Positions 1 to 7,351 of a stretch of 32,000 bases of DNA are shown one piece after another. The DNA is from Allobaculum fili (GTDB lineage: Bacteria > Bacillota_I > Bacilli_A > Erysipelotrichales > Erysipelotrichaceae): positions 30,001 through 62,000 of the forward strand of contig NZ_JAHDSX010000007.1 of NCBI RefSeq assembly GCF_020969955.1, given 5' to 3'. A program made the position numbers and the translations under genes. How positions within the stretch are numbered: position 1 is the stretch's first letter; each line of letters starts with the position of its first letter. A model generated the notes under the pieces. That model did not search any database. It had not been told where the DNA came from and worked only from the letters and a program-made list of their open reading frames with translations.

Positions 1-21
1 GCGCGCAGGCATTTGAGTGAA

Positions 22-456
22 TTACTTCGCTGCTGCTTCGTCAACGGCTTCCATGATGGCGGAAAGGTTAATGGTGCATCCGCTCTTCACGTCTTCGTCT
101 TCTGCGTAGCCGTCTGCATCGAGTTTAACGGCTTCTGGTCCGTTTTCAACGATGTATTTTTCAAGGAATTCAACCTGTTCGTTCCATTCCTTGCCGATGC
201 CGGAAGCACTCTTCATGCCGTACTCGGCACCGAGTTCTTTTTTTGTTTTTCCATCTTCGGTGGTTTCGTCGATGGTTACGCCCGTGATTTTTCCGTCTTT
301 CTTCGTAACGGTTGCGGATACGTCCTGACCGTCGTGGTCTACGTAAGCGGTGTTGCTGGTTTCACCGGCTGCGCTGGAGCTGTTTGCACTTCCAGATGTG
401 CAGCCTGCGAAAAGGAGAGTCGCAGCGGTGAGAGCCGCAAATGCTTTTTTGTTCAT
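22..456 (-). CDS. Lipoprotein with FMN-binding (FMN_bind-like) domain
   Basis: 144-aa ORF. Signal peptide ends in the lipobox LLFAGC. GGAGG lies 8 nt upstream of the ATG. The C-terminal DVKSGCTINLSA resembles the SGxT flavinylation-motif region of FMN_bind domains. Confidence 0.7.
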   Translation of the reverse strand: MNKKAFAALTAATLLFAGCTSGSANSSSAAGETSNTAYVDHDGQDVSATVTKKDGKITGVTIDETTEDGKTKKELGAEYGMKSASGIGKEWNEQVEFLEKYIVENGPEAVKLDADGYAEDEDVKSGCTINLSAIMEAVDEAAAK

Positions 457-550
457 TTGTCTGTCCTCCAGACGGCATACAGCCGTCGTTAATCCGATTT
501 TTCACAAACGATTGCCCAAAAAGGACATCATCTGCCGGAATTCAATCGTG

Positions 551-559
551 ATTATAACA
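551..559 (-). promoter_or_regulatory. Putative extended -10 element (TGTTATAAT) for the lipoprotein gene
   Basis: The minus strand reads TGTTATAAT about 95 nt upstream of ATG 456. No good -35 was found. Confidence 0.35.
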
Positions 560-883
560 AATGAAATGAAAAAGGCGAACAAATTGATTCGTAAAAAATG
601 AATTTAATTTTATCACCATAATGTTCATCCGGCGAAAAAAACAAGAACCGTGACCGGAAAAGTAACGTTTTGAACAGGAAATGCAAAGAAATTCGCGAAA
701 ATCAACCTCACTTTGCATACGGTATGCGAGTGTTCCGGCAGTGACGGCAAAAAGCGGCGTCCGTCTGGATTCACCCTGCGGGTACATTCTGTATACGATG
801 CGGACTGGCCTGAAAATCACATGCGTTTACAGCGTCATCGAATACCGGACATACGGAGGGGCTTTCTGGATCCTATTGGAAGA

Positions 884-911
884 CAGAGAAAAAGCCGTCA
901 CAAAGACGGCT
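884..911 (-). terminator. Rho-independent terminator downstream of pyrG
   Basis: On the minus strand the stem AGCCGTC/GACGGCT (893-899 / 905-911) is followed by TTTTTCTCT, about 40 nt after the pyrG stop. Confidence 0.75.
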
Positions 912-951
912 GAAATTACAATTATTCTTACGCTTGCTCTTACCCCTGTTC

Positions 952-2571
952 CTACTCCTGTTCCTGCTCTTCGGATTTCATTCTGGCGTTTTTCACAGCG
1001 GCCTGAATCAGTCCGTCAAAGAGCGGATGTACGCGGGTAGGGCGGGATTTGAATTCGGGATGGTACTGCACGCCGATATAAAATGGATGATCGGTATACT
1101 CGATGGCTTCTACCAGAGAATTGTCCGGACTCGTTCCGGCGATCGTCATTTTGTTTTCTTCAAAGCGGCTGCGGTAGAGATTGTTGAATTCATAGCGATG
1201 ACGGTGTCTTTCGCTCGTACGGTCCGCCTGATACAGATCATGCAGGCGGGTACCGTCATGGATGTAGCACGGATAGGCGCCAAGCCGCATCGTTCCGCCT
1301 TTGCGAATGTCATTGGACTGATCGGCCATGAAATCGATAATCGCATCGGGCGTGTTTTCATCAAATTCAAAGGAATTCGCCTGCTCGAGTCCGAGGACGT
1401 CCCGGGCAAAGGAAATGGCTGCGATCTGCATGCCCAGACAAATGCCCAGGTAAGGAATCTTATGCTCTCTGGCATAGCCCGCCGCAGCAATCATGCCTTC
1501 AATGCCGCGGCCGCCAAAGCCGCCGGGAACGATAATGCCGTCGACATCCGAGAAAACTTCGTCAAAATTGTCGAGATGTTCGGAATCGATCCATTTGATG
1601 TTCAGGCGGACTCCGTTTTTGAAGGCGCCGTGATGGAGCGCTTCCGCAACAGAAAGATACGCGTCATGCAGGGCGACGTATTTCCCGACAAGACCGATCG
1701 TGACTTCCTGATCGGCTTTGTGAATGGAATCGACCATGGCTTTCCAGTTTTCCAGATCCGGCGTTCGGTTTTCGAGACCGAGCTTTTTGCAGATGACGTC
1801 TGCAATATGCTGCTCTTCCAGCATCAATGGCACTTCATACAGAGAATCGAGCGTGCGGTTTTCGAAGACCGACTCGGGTTCGACGTTGCAGAAAAGGGAA
1901 ATCTTGTCTAGAACCGAAGAGGGAATCGATTCATCGCAACGGGCAATGATGAGATCGGGGTGAATGCCAAAGCTCATCAGTTCCTTGACAGAATGCTGGG
2001 TCGGCTTGGACTTGAATTCCTTGCTTCCCGAAATATAGGGAATGTAGGTGACGTGAACGAACAGACAGTTGTTTCGTCCGGCTTCGGCTGCGACCTGTCG
2101 AATCGATTCGAGAAACGGCTGGGATTCAATGTCGCCGATCGTACCGCCGATTTCGGTAATGATGACATCGGCATCCGCATAACGTCCCGCCTGCATGACG
2201 AAGTTTTTGATTTCGTCGGTAATGTGCGGAATGACCTGAACCGTCTGTCCGAGGTATTTGCCTTCGCGCTCTTTGTTAAGCACATTCCAGTACACTTTTC
2301 CAGTCGTCAGATTGGAGTACTGGTGAAGGTTTTCATCGATAAAGCGTTCATAATGCCCGAGATCGAGGTCGGCTTCGAGGCCGTCGTCGGTGACGAACAC
2401 TTCGCCATGCTGGAACGGCGACATCGTGCCCGGGTCCACATTAATATAAGGATCCAGTTTCTGCGCCGTGACCTTGTAGCCGCGTGCTTTAAGAAGGCGT
2501 CCGATCGAGGCAGCGCTGATGCCTTTGCCAAGCCCGGATACGACGCCCCCGGTAACGAAAATGTATTTCAT
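952..2571 (-). CDS. pyrG: CTP synthase
   Basis: The track ORF runs 952-2589. The likely true start is ATG 2571, with AGGAGG 8 nt upstream. N-terminus is [17 protein letters not shown]. The glutamine amidotransferase motifs GICLGMQ and HRHRYE are present. Full length. Confidence 0.97.
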   Translation of the reverse strand: MKYIFVTGGVVSGLGKGISAASIGRLLKARGYKVTAQKLDPYINVDPGTMSPFQHGEVFVTDDGLEADLDLGHYERFIDENLHQYSNLTTGKVYWNVLNKEREGKYLGQTVQVIPHITDEIKNFVMQAGRYADADVIITEIGGTIGDIESQPFLESIRQVAAEAGRNNCLFVHVTYIPYISGSKEFKSKPTQHSVKELMSFGIHPDLIIARCDESIPSSVLDKISLFCNVEPESVFENRTLDSLYEVPLMLEEQHIADVICKKLGLENRTPDLENWKAMVDSIHKADQEVTIGLVGKYVALHDAYLSVAEALHHGAFKNGVRLNIKWIDSEHLDNFDEVFSDVDGIIVPGGFGGRGIEGMIAAAGYAREHKIPYLGICLGMQIAAISFARDVLGLEQANSFEFDENTPDAIIDFMADQSNDIRKGGTMRLGAYPCYIHDGTRLHDLYQADRTSERHRHRYEFNNLYRSRFEENKMTIAGTSPDNSLVEAIEYTDHPFYIGVQYHPEFKSRPTRVHPLFDGLIQAAVKNARMKSEEQEQE

Positions 2572-2648
2572 AGGCAGATCCTCCTGCAAAAAAATAATTA
2601 CCTGCCAATTTTACGCCTTGAAAATAACAGAAGAATTGGCGGAACCCG

Positions 2649-2693
2649 AAAAAGCAAAATGAGAGAAAAATGAGCGGGTTTCCAAACCTCATC
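2649..2693 (-). promoter_or_regulatory. Hairpin plus U-tract in the pyrG 5' leader (possible attenuator)
   Basis: The minus strand reads ATGAGGTTTggAAACccgCTCAT followed by TTTTTCTCTCATTTTGCTTTTT, about 80-120 nt upstream of the pyrG ATG. Confidence 0.35.
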
Positions 2694-2844
2694 AAGCCCT
2701 TACATAATCGCTTAAAACAGCCATATATTCTGTGAATCCTGTAAATGCTTTTGTTGTCACTATTTGTGCACGTATTATACACAAAGTCTAGTCCTATCTT
2801 TTGCTTATGCGTGTTATGTATGGACAACTTGACGAAGATGTTAC

Positions 2845-3145
2845 TTTTTACGCACTTTAAAAAGAAGAAATTTGTTAACTTGCGTAAAAAGAACGCGAAA
2901 ATTCGTTCGGAAACTAGTTGAAATCCTAAGGAGTTCGATATACTGAAATTAAGTGAAAAGCAGTTTCTTTTTTGGAAAAAGTTTACGAATCTGCTTTTCG
3001 GACGGTATGCTTACCTGTCGGATCCAGGCGTTTTTTTAAACGGATTTTCGCTGAAAACCTGACGTTCTTCTTTCGCTTTTTTGACGAATATGCAAAAAGA
3101 AGAACGTTTGAAAAGAAAACCGTTTTGAGTGTTCTGTTCTTCTTT
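2845..3145. repeat. Cluster of long-spaced inverted repeats in the pyrG/WYL intergenic region
   Basis: TTTTTACGCA (2845-2854) pairs with TGCGTAAAAA (2881-2890). GAAAAGCAG (2955-2963) pairs with CTGCTTTTC (2991-2999). ACGTTCTTCTTT (3062-3073) pairs with AAAGAAGAACGT (3096-3107). A second GTTCTTCTTT copy sits at 3136-3145. Confidence 0.6.
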
Positions 3146-3200
3146 AAGGATCATTTCATGGATTTGAGCAAAATGAGATGCACAGAAAAAAGCCATAGAG

Positions 3201-3255
3201 TCGACACCTGCGATCAAACGTGTAAAATACGGAATTCAGAACACAAGATTCTGAA
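3201..3255 (+). promoter_or_regulatory. Putative promoter and operator of the WYL regulator gene
   Basis: TCGACA (3201-3206), 16-nt spacer, TAAAAT (3223-3228). The inverted repeat TTCAGAA-N7-TTCTGAA (3235-3255) sits at the predicted transcription start. Confidence 0.35.
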
Positions 3256-3327
3256 CGCCAGACAAAGCCAGCCGCCAAGGTGCGCGGCTGATGCAACTTT
3301 GGAAAAACAGAATGAGGAGGAAACAGA

Positions 3328-4281
3328 ATGAACCGAACTGCCCGCTGCATCCGAATGCTTATGATCTTGAAAAGCCGACAGACGGTCTGTACCTCTGAAC
3401 TTGCAGAGCTTCTCGAGACCAATCCAAGAAACATTCGTGAATACAAGAAAGAACTGGAACAAGCCGGCTATACCATTAAAACGGTACGCGGTGCCGGAGG
3501 CGGCTATGAGCTTGAAGGCGGAGCCGTCCTGCCTCTGCCTTTATATAACGATGAATCGATCGATATTCTGACCACGATCCGAGACAGTCTGCTGTCCACG
3601 CCCAATCAGCCGTATGCGGCCAAGGGTGCGGAACTGCTTGATGAAATTATCGCGTCCAACCCGGTCAGCGATCCGGAAAAGCCGATTTACTTTACCCCGA
3701 GCCGGATTAACGATTTCTCTGAATCCGCAAAGGACGATTTAAGCCGGATCCGCAAAGCGGTGTTCCGTCGCCAGCAGATCTCGATTCTGTACCATTCCCG
3801 CGAAAGCAAGGATCCCATCCGTCGTGTCGTTGATCCGTACGATGTCGTCTGCTCGGACGGCAACTGGTACTTTGTCGGCTTTGACCATTATCGTCAGGCT
3901 GTCCGAACGTTTCGGATTTCGCCGGCGCGCCTTTTAAAGCTCGAACTTCTCGATACGACATTCGAACGGCAGGCAGATTTCAAGCTCAAGGATTATCTGG
4001 GTACTTCTGCCCTTACACGCGCCGACAAGGAAATTTATCTGATTGAAGTGCGCAAGGAACAGTGCCGCTTCTTTGAAGAAATTCGCTGGGGCCAGAGCTT
4101 TGCAAAAATCGGCGAACAGCGCGAAGGCTGGGTGACCTATTCTTTCTTCTGCGACGATCCGGCGCATATCGAACGCAATCTGTTCCGTTTTGGAAACGAT
4201 GTGATTTTGCTGGCCCCCAAATGGCTGGCTAAGGAATATACGGACAAGCTTGCTTCCATCCTGGATCTTTACAGGGATTAA
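3328..4281 (+). CDS. WYL domain-containing transcriptional regulator (HTH + WYL + C-terminal extension)
   Basis: 317 aa, with GAGGAGG 7 nt upstream. N-terminal HTH: CTSELAELLETNPRNIREYKKELEQAGY. WYL core: VVDPYDVVCSDGNWYFVGFDHYRQAVRTFRISP. Confidence 0.9.
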   Translation: MNRTARCIRMLMILKSRQTVCTSELAELLETNPRNIREYKKELEQAGYTIKTVRGAGGGYELEGGAVLPLPLYNDESIDILTTIRDSLLSTPNQPYAAKGAELLDEIIASNPVSDPEKPIYFTPSRINDFSESAKDDLSRIRKAVFRRQQISILYHSRESKDPIRRVVDPYDVVCSDGNWYFVGFDHYRQAVRTFRISPARLLKLELLDTTFERQADFKLKDYLGTSALTRADKEIYLIEVRKEQCRFFEEIRWGQSFAKIGEQREGWVTYSFFCDDPAHIERNLFRFGNDVILLAPKWLAKEYTDKLASILDLYRD

Positions 4282-4323
4282 GCAAACTTTTCCCGCTGAA
4301 TTTTTACTGCTGTTTATTTCTCG

Positions 4324-4357
4324 ATCAGGCGGACGTGTATCCGCCTGATTTATTTTT
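4324..4357 (+). terminator. Rho-independent terminator after the WYL gene
   Basis: A perfect 10-bp stem ATCAGGCGGA/TCCGCCTGAT with a 6-nt loop, followed by TTATTTTT. Confidence 0.75.
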
Positions 4358-4485
4358 GAGTATGATAGTCAGAAGAGGGTCCTTTTGCCTGACCAGACCG
4401 CCCGCCGTTCGCATACGTTTGGACAAGGACGGAATGCTTCGCTTTCATTCCAGTCCATCCGCATCAGGCAAGAGGAAATGAGGAG

Positions 4486-6045
4486 ATGGTGCCTATGAGC
4501 GAGAAACGACGAATGATTCACACCAATGAAGCGGCAGGCGCCCTGAACTGTCTGCGCAAGGTAGTTTTAATACGGCATCAGAATGGGGCAGTCGATGATT
4601 TTGCACTGCCCGACGGTCACGAATTTCGCCGCCGCCTGGAAGAGCTTTTTGAAAACGATCCGCTCCCCTGTGGACAAAAGGGAGATTCAAGCGAGCGTTC
4701 CTTTGATATTTTGCGACATCACGACAAGGCGCGAAATCTTCGCTTTGAAAGCCGGGGCATTTGCACGACGATTCCGGTTCTGGAATTTGATCGGGAAGGC
4801 TCCATCGAACAGGGTAAGCCGCTCTGGATCGTCTGGTATCCCGTGTATGGAACAAACCCAAAAGATACGATGCTGCATCGGCTGTACGCGGACTGTGCCG
4901 TTCTGGCGGCCAATGGAATCGATGTGTCGTCCATTCGCTTCATCTGTCTGCGCAGCGATCTGATCAGCGATCCAGATTTAAAAGCGGACGAGATTTTTAC
5001 CGTCTACGATCATCTGCGCAAACCGCGCGGGGGATTTCGCAAGCCGACAGCCATTGAAATGGTTCGAGATCTCGAACAGAAAGAACCTTTCGGCAAGTTT
5101 CTCAATCTGGCGGCAGAAGCGCTGGATCAGGCGCTTGATCTTTCACTCGATGAAATCGCCGTACGCAAAACCAAACTTTGTTCGAGCGCCCACTGTCCCT
5201 TTTATGAAGAGTGCTATCAGAAGAGAACGCTGCCAAATGATTCCGTCGCACTTCTTTCTTCCTGCGCTGCTGCCGGCCAGATGATGGAAAAAGGCATTGT
5301 TACGCTCGATCAGGTTCCGGGTGAAGCGGTCGAGGGCAGTCCTTTTCAGTACGCGCAGATCATGGCGGCCAGAAATCCAAAAGGCTATTTTCTGGATGCG
5401 GGCGGGGTGGAAGAATGGTTTTCCAAACTGACGTTTCCGCTTTCCTATCTGGATTTTGAATGGGACACGTACGTTCTCTCCCCCTATGCCGGCATGCGGC
5501 CGTTTGATGTGCTGTGCTTTCAGTATTCTTTGCATGTCGAGACCAGAGAGGGAAAGCTAAGCCATACTGCCTTTTTTGAAACGGGAGACTGCCGGGAAGC
5601 GTTTATTCGATCGCTGCTGCGCGATCTGCCAAAGACGGGAAGCATTCTTGTCTTCAATATGGAAGGCGCGGAAAAGCTGCGTCTGCGTCAGCTGGCCGAG
5701 CAGTTTCCAGAGTATCGAGAACAGCTGGAATCGGTCTGCGAGCGGATGATCGATCTTGCGCTGCCCTTTGAAAGCGGCTGCTTTTATAATCTTGCTCAGC
5801 GTTCGCACAGTTCTCTGAAAACGCTGCTGCCGCTCTTTGCCCAGGATGTCAGCTATCACGATCTGGACGTATCCAACGGCGTACAGGCGGTCAACGTATA
5901 CCGCCAGGCACAAAATGAACGCGGATTGCAGCAGCTGCAGCTGGCCAGAGATATCAGCGAATACTGCTCGCTCGATACGCTGGCCGAAAAGAAACTGGCC
6001 GATGGCCTGAAACAGAAACTGGAGGAAGAAGAATGCCAAATCTGA
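4486..6045 (+). CDS. DUF2779 family protein (Cas4-like Cys-cluster N-domain plus exonuclease-like C-domain)
   Basis: 519 aa. The C-terminal block is YLDFEWDTYVLSPYAGMRPFDVLCFQYSLH...ILVFNMEGAEKLRL...SLKTLLP, as I recall it for DUF2779. Cysteines are C22 plus C-x4-C-x5-C (CSSAHCPFYEEC). The start could instead be ATG 4495. Confidence 0.8.
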   Translation: MVPMSEKRRMIHTNEAAGALNCLRKVVLIRHQNGAVDDFALPDGHEFRRRLEELFENDPLPCGQKGDSSERSFDILRHHDKARNLRFESRGICTTIPVLEFDREGSIEQGKPLWIVWYPVYGTNPKDTMLHRLYADCAVLAANGIDVSSIRFICLRSDLISDPDLKADEIFTVYDHLRKPRGGFRKPTAIEMVRDLEQKEPFGKFLNLAAEALDQALDLSLDEIAVRKTKLCSSAHCPFYEECYQKRTLPNDSVALLSSCAAAGQMMEKGIVTLDQVPGEAVEGSPFQYAQIMAARNPKGYFLDAGGVEEWFSKLTFPLSYLDFEWDTYVLSPYAGMRPFDVLCFQYSLHVETREGKLSHTAFFETGDCREAFIRSLLRDLPKTGSILVFNMEGAEKLRLRQLAEQFPEYREQLESVCERMIDLALPFESGCFYNLAQRSHSSLKTLLPLFAQDVSYHDLDVSNGVQAVNVYRQAQNERGLQQLQLARDISEYCSLDTLAEKKLADGLKQKLEEEECQI

Positions 6046-7019
6046 TTACGCATGCCCTGTTTGCGGACGATGTGCTCGAACGCTTGAACAATCCTTTGTG
6101 TAACGCGAAGCGAAAGATGTTTCTGACAGGAAGCCAGGGACCGGATTTTCTGTTTTTTCATCACAGCGATCCTTTTTACGATATTCTCAAGCCTTCCGAT
6201 ATCCGCAAATACGGCAGACTCTTTCATAACGAGCACGTCAATGACTTTTACTTAAGCGCGCTGCATTCGATTGAAAACGAAAAAAACAAGGACATTCAGG
6301 ACGATCTGATCGTCTACGTGTGCGGCCATCTTTGCCACTGGGCGCTCGATTCCACGATGCATCCGCTGATTTATTCGAAAACAGGCAACTGCAAAGGCGA
6401 CAGTTCCTGGCGCCACCATCAGTTTGAATCGATGCTGGACGCGGCCATGCTCAAATACCGGAAAAATCTCACGATTGCCGACTATGACTTTTCGAAGGAA
6501 TGCTTTTCCACATCGCCGCAGACCGCACGCGCCATGGCGCGGATTTACGTTCCGGCGATTGCCGAAATTTATGGCGAACACGTTGCGCCTTCGAGCTTTC
6601 TGGAGGTACTGAAAGACTGGCGGCGCATTGAACGCCATTTCCGGGATCCGAAAGATCTTAAGAAAAAGCTGCTGCGCCCGCTGGAAAAAATGACGCGTCT
6701 GGAGTTTCTGATGACCGGCTTTTCCATTCCGGCCCATTACGAAGACAATGTCGACATATGCAATCTGCTGCACAGTCCATGGCGCCATCCGGTATCCGGA
6801 GAAGCGACCACGGCATCGGTCTTTGATCTGATGGAAACCGCGCTGCAGAAAGCTTTGCGGACCATTGATCTTTTCGAAACCTGTCTGGCTCATCCAGGCA
6901 GCCCGGAAGACGAACAGGCGTTCCTCGATTTTCTGGGCGATCGCAACTACGAAATGGATATGCCCCCTGGATTTCTTCCGACCTATTTTGAACTGGCCGA
7001 TCTGGATCAGAAAATCTGA
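6033..7019 (+). CDS. Zinc-dependent phospholipase C-like family protein, cytoplasmic
   Basis: 328 aa. His/Asp motifs are ITHALFADD, GSQGPDFLFFHH and GHLCHWALDSTMHP. No signal peptide. The ATG overlaps the upstream gene by 13 nt. Confidence 0.75.
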   Translation: MPNLITHALFADDVLERLNNPLCNAKRKMFLTGSQGPDFLFFHHSDPFYDILKPSDIRKYGRLFHNEHVNDFYLSALHSIENEKNKDIQDDLIVYVCGHLCHWALDSTMHPLIYSKTGNCKGDSSWRHHQFESMLDAAMLKYRKNLTIADYDFSKECFSTSPQTARAMARIYVPAIAEIYGEHVAPSSFLEVLKDWRRIERHFRDPKDLKKKLLRPLEKMTRLEFLMTGFSIPAHYEDNVDICNLLHSPWRHPVSGEATTASVFDLMETALQKALRTIDLFETCLAHPGSPEDEQAFLDFLGDRNYEMDMPPGFLPTYFELADLDQKI

Positions 7020-7237
7020 CGGGAACGTATAGGCCGTTTCCGGGTACTTTGCCGATACGATTGCTACGGCTTTTCGCCATTTCAACCGAAAGACTCTGTT
7101 TTTGATGGCTTTGTCCAGCGAAAGAACGCGGTAAATGCGGCATTGGATCTGGTAAAGCGCCCGACTGGGCACAGGCTTATCTTTTTTGTGTGAGAAAATC
7201 CGACGGGCGTACGCGAACCGTCTGGATGGATCAAAAG

Positions 7238-7257
7238 TTTTCATGAATTTTCATGAA
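7238..7257. promoter_or_regulatory. Perfect tandem repeat TTTTCATGAA x2 upstream of nfnA
   Basis: Copies at 7238-7247 and 7248-7257. Each contains the palindrome TTCATGAA. Together they read as the inverted repeat TCATGAA-tt-TTCATGA. The site is about 60-85 bp upstream of a TATAAT at 7318-7323. Confidence 0.3.
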
Positions 7258-7351
7258 AAAAGAGCCTGCGCGGCTTCGTTTTGAAGAGCCTGTGTAGAAG
7301 AGAAAACACAATTTGCTTATAATTAGACCACATTAGCGAAGGGAAAAGATT

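Noticed and set aside
735-783. Calling an FMN or cobalamin riboswitch
   Set aside because: Only one short block (CAGGGTGAA-TCC) resembles the consensus. The other conserved segments (AGTCTGGATGGGAGAA-type or B12-box) are absent on the same strand. It is left as an open question.
934-2673. Long plus-strand ORFs (934-1911, 325 aa; 1960-2673, 237 aa) opposite pyrG
   Set aside because: They are antisense shadows of a clearly recognisable, full-length CTP synthase. They have no SD and a low-complexity, Arg/Phe/Val-rich composition.
2590-2830. Bacillus-style pyrG reiterative-transcription attenuation (GGGC start plus a pyrimidine-rich terminator arm)
   Set aside because: A leader hairpin with a U-tract exists (2649-2693). 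Its 5' arm (ATGAGGTTT) is not C/U-rich, and I cannot place a GGGC initiation site. Only a generic attenuator is claimed.
2972-3331. 119-aa TTG-initiated ORF upstream of the WYL gene
   Set aside because: It has no SD at the TTG and a Phe/Arg/Lys-rich nonsense-like N-terminal part. It spans the inverted-repeat cluster. Only its last 57 codons (from ATG 3158) are kept, as a low-confidence observation.
6252-7244. 330-aa minus-strand ORF, including about 75 codons that extend into the 7020-7244 intergenic region
   Set aside because: Most of it is antisense to the PLC-like gene. The intergenic N-terminal part (MKTFDPSRRFAYARRIF...) has no SD and no recognisable family. A decayed gene remnant cannot be excluded but is unsupported.
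7238-7257. Rex operator upstream of nfnAB
   Set aside because: The half-sites share the TGAA/TTCA core, but the spacing (2 nt) and flanks do not fit the TTGTGAA-N4-TTCACAA consensus. It is reported only as an unassigned repeat.
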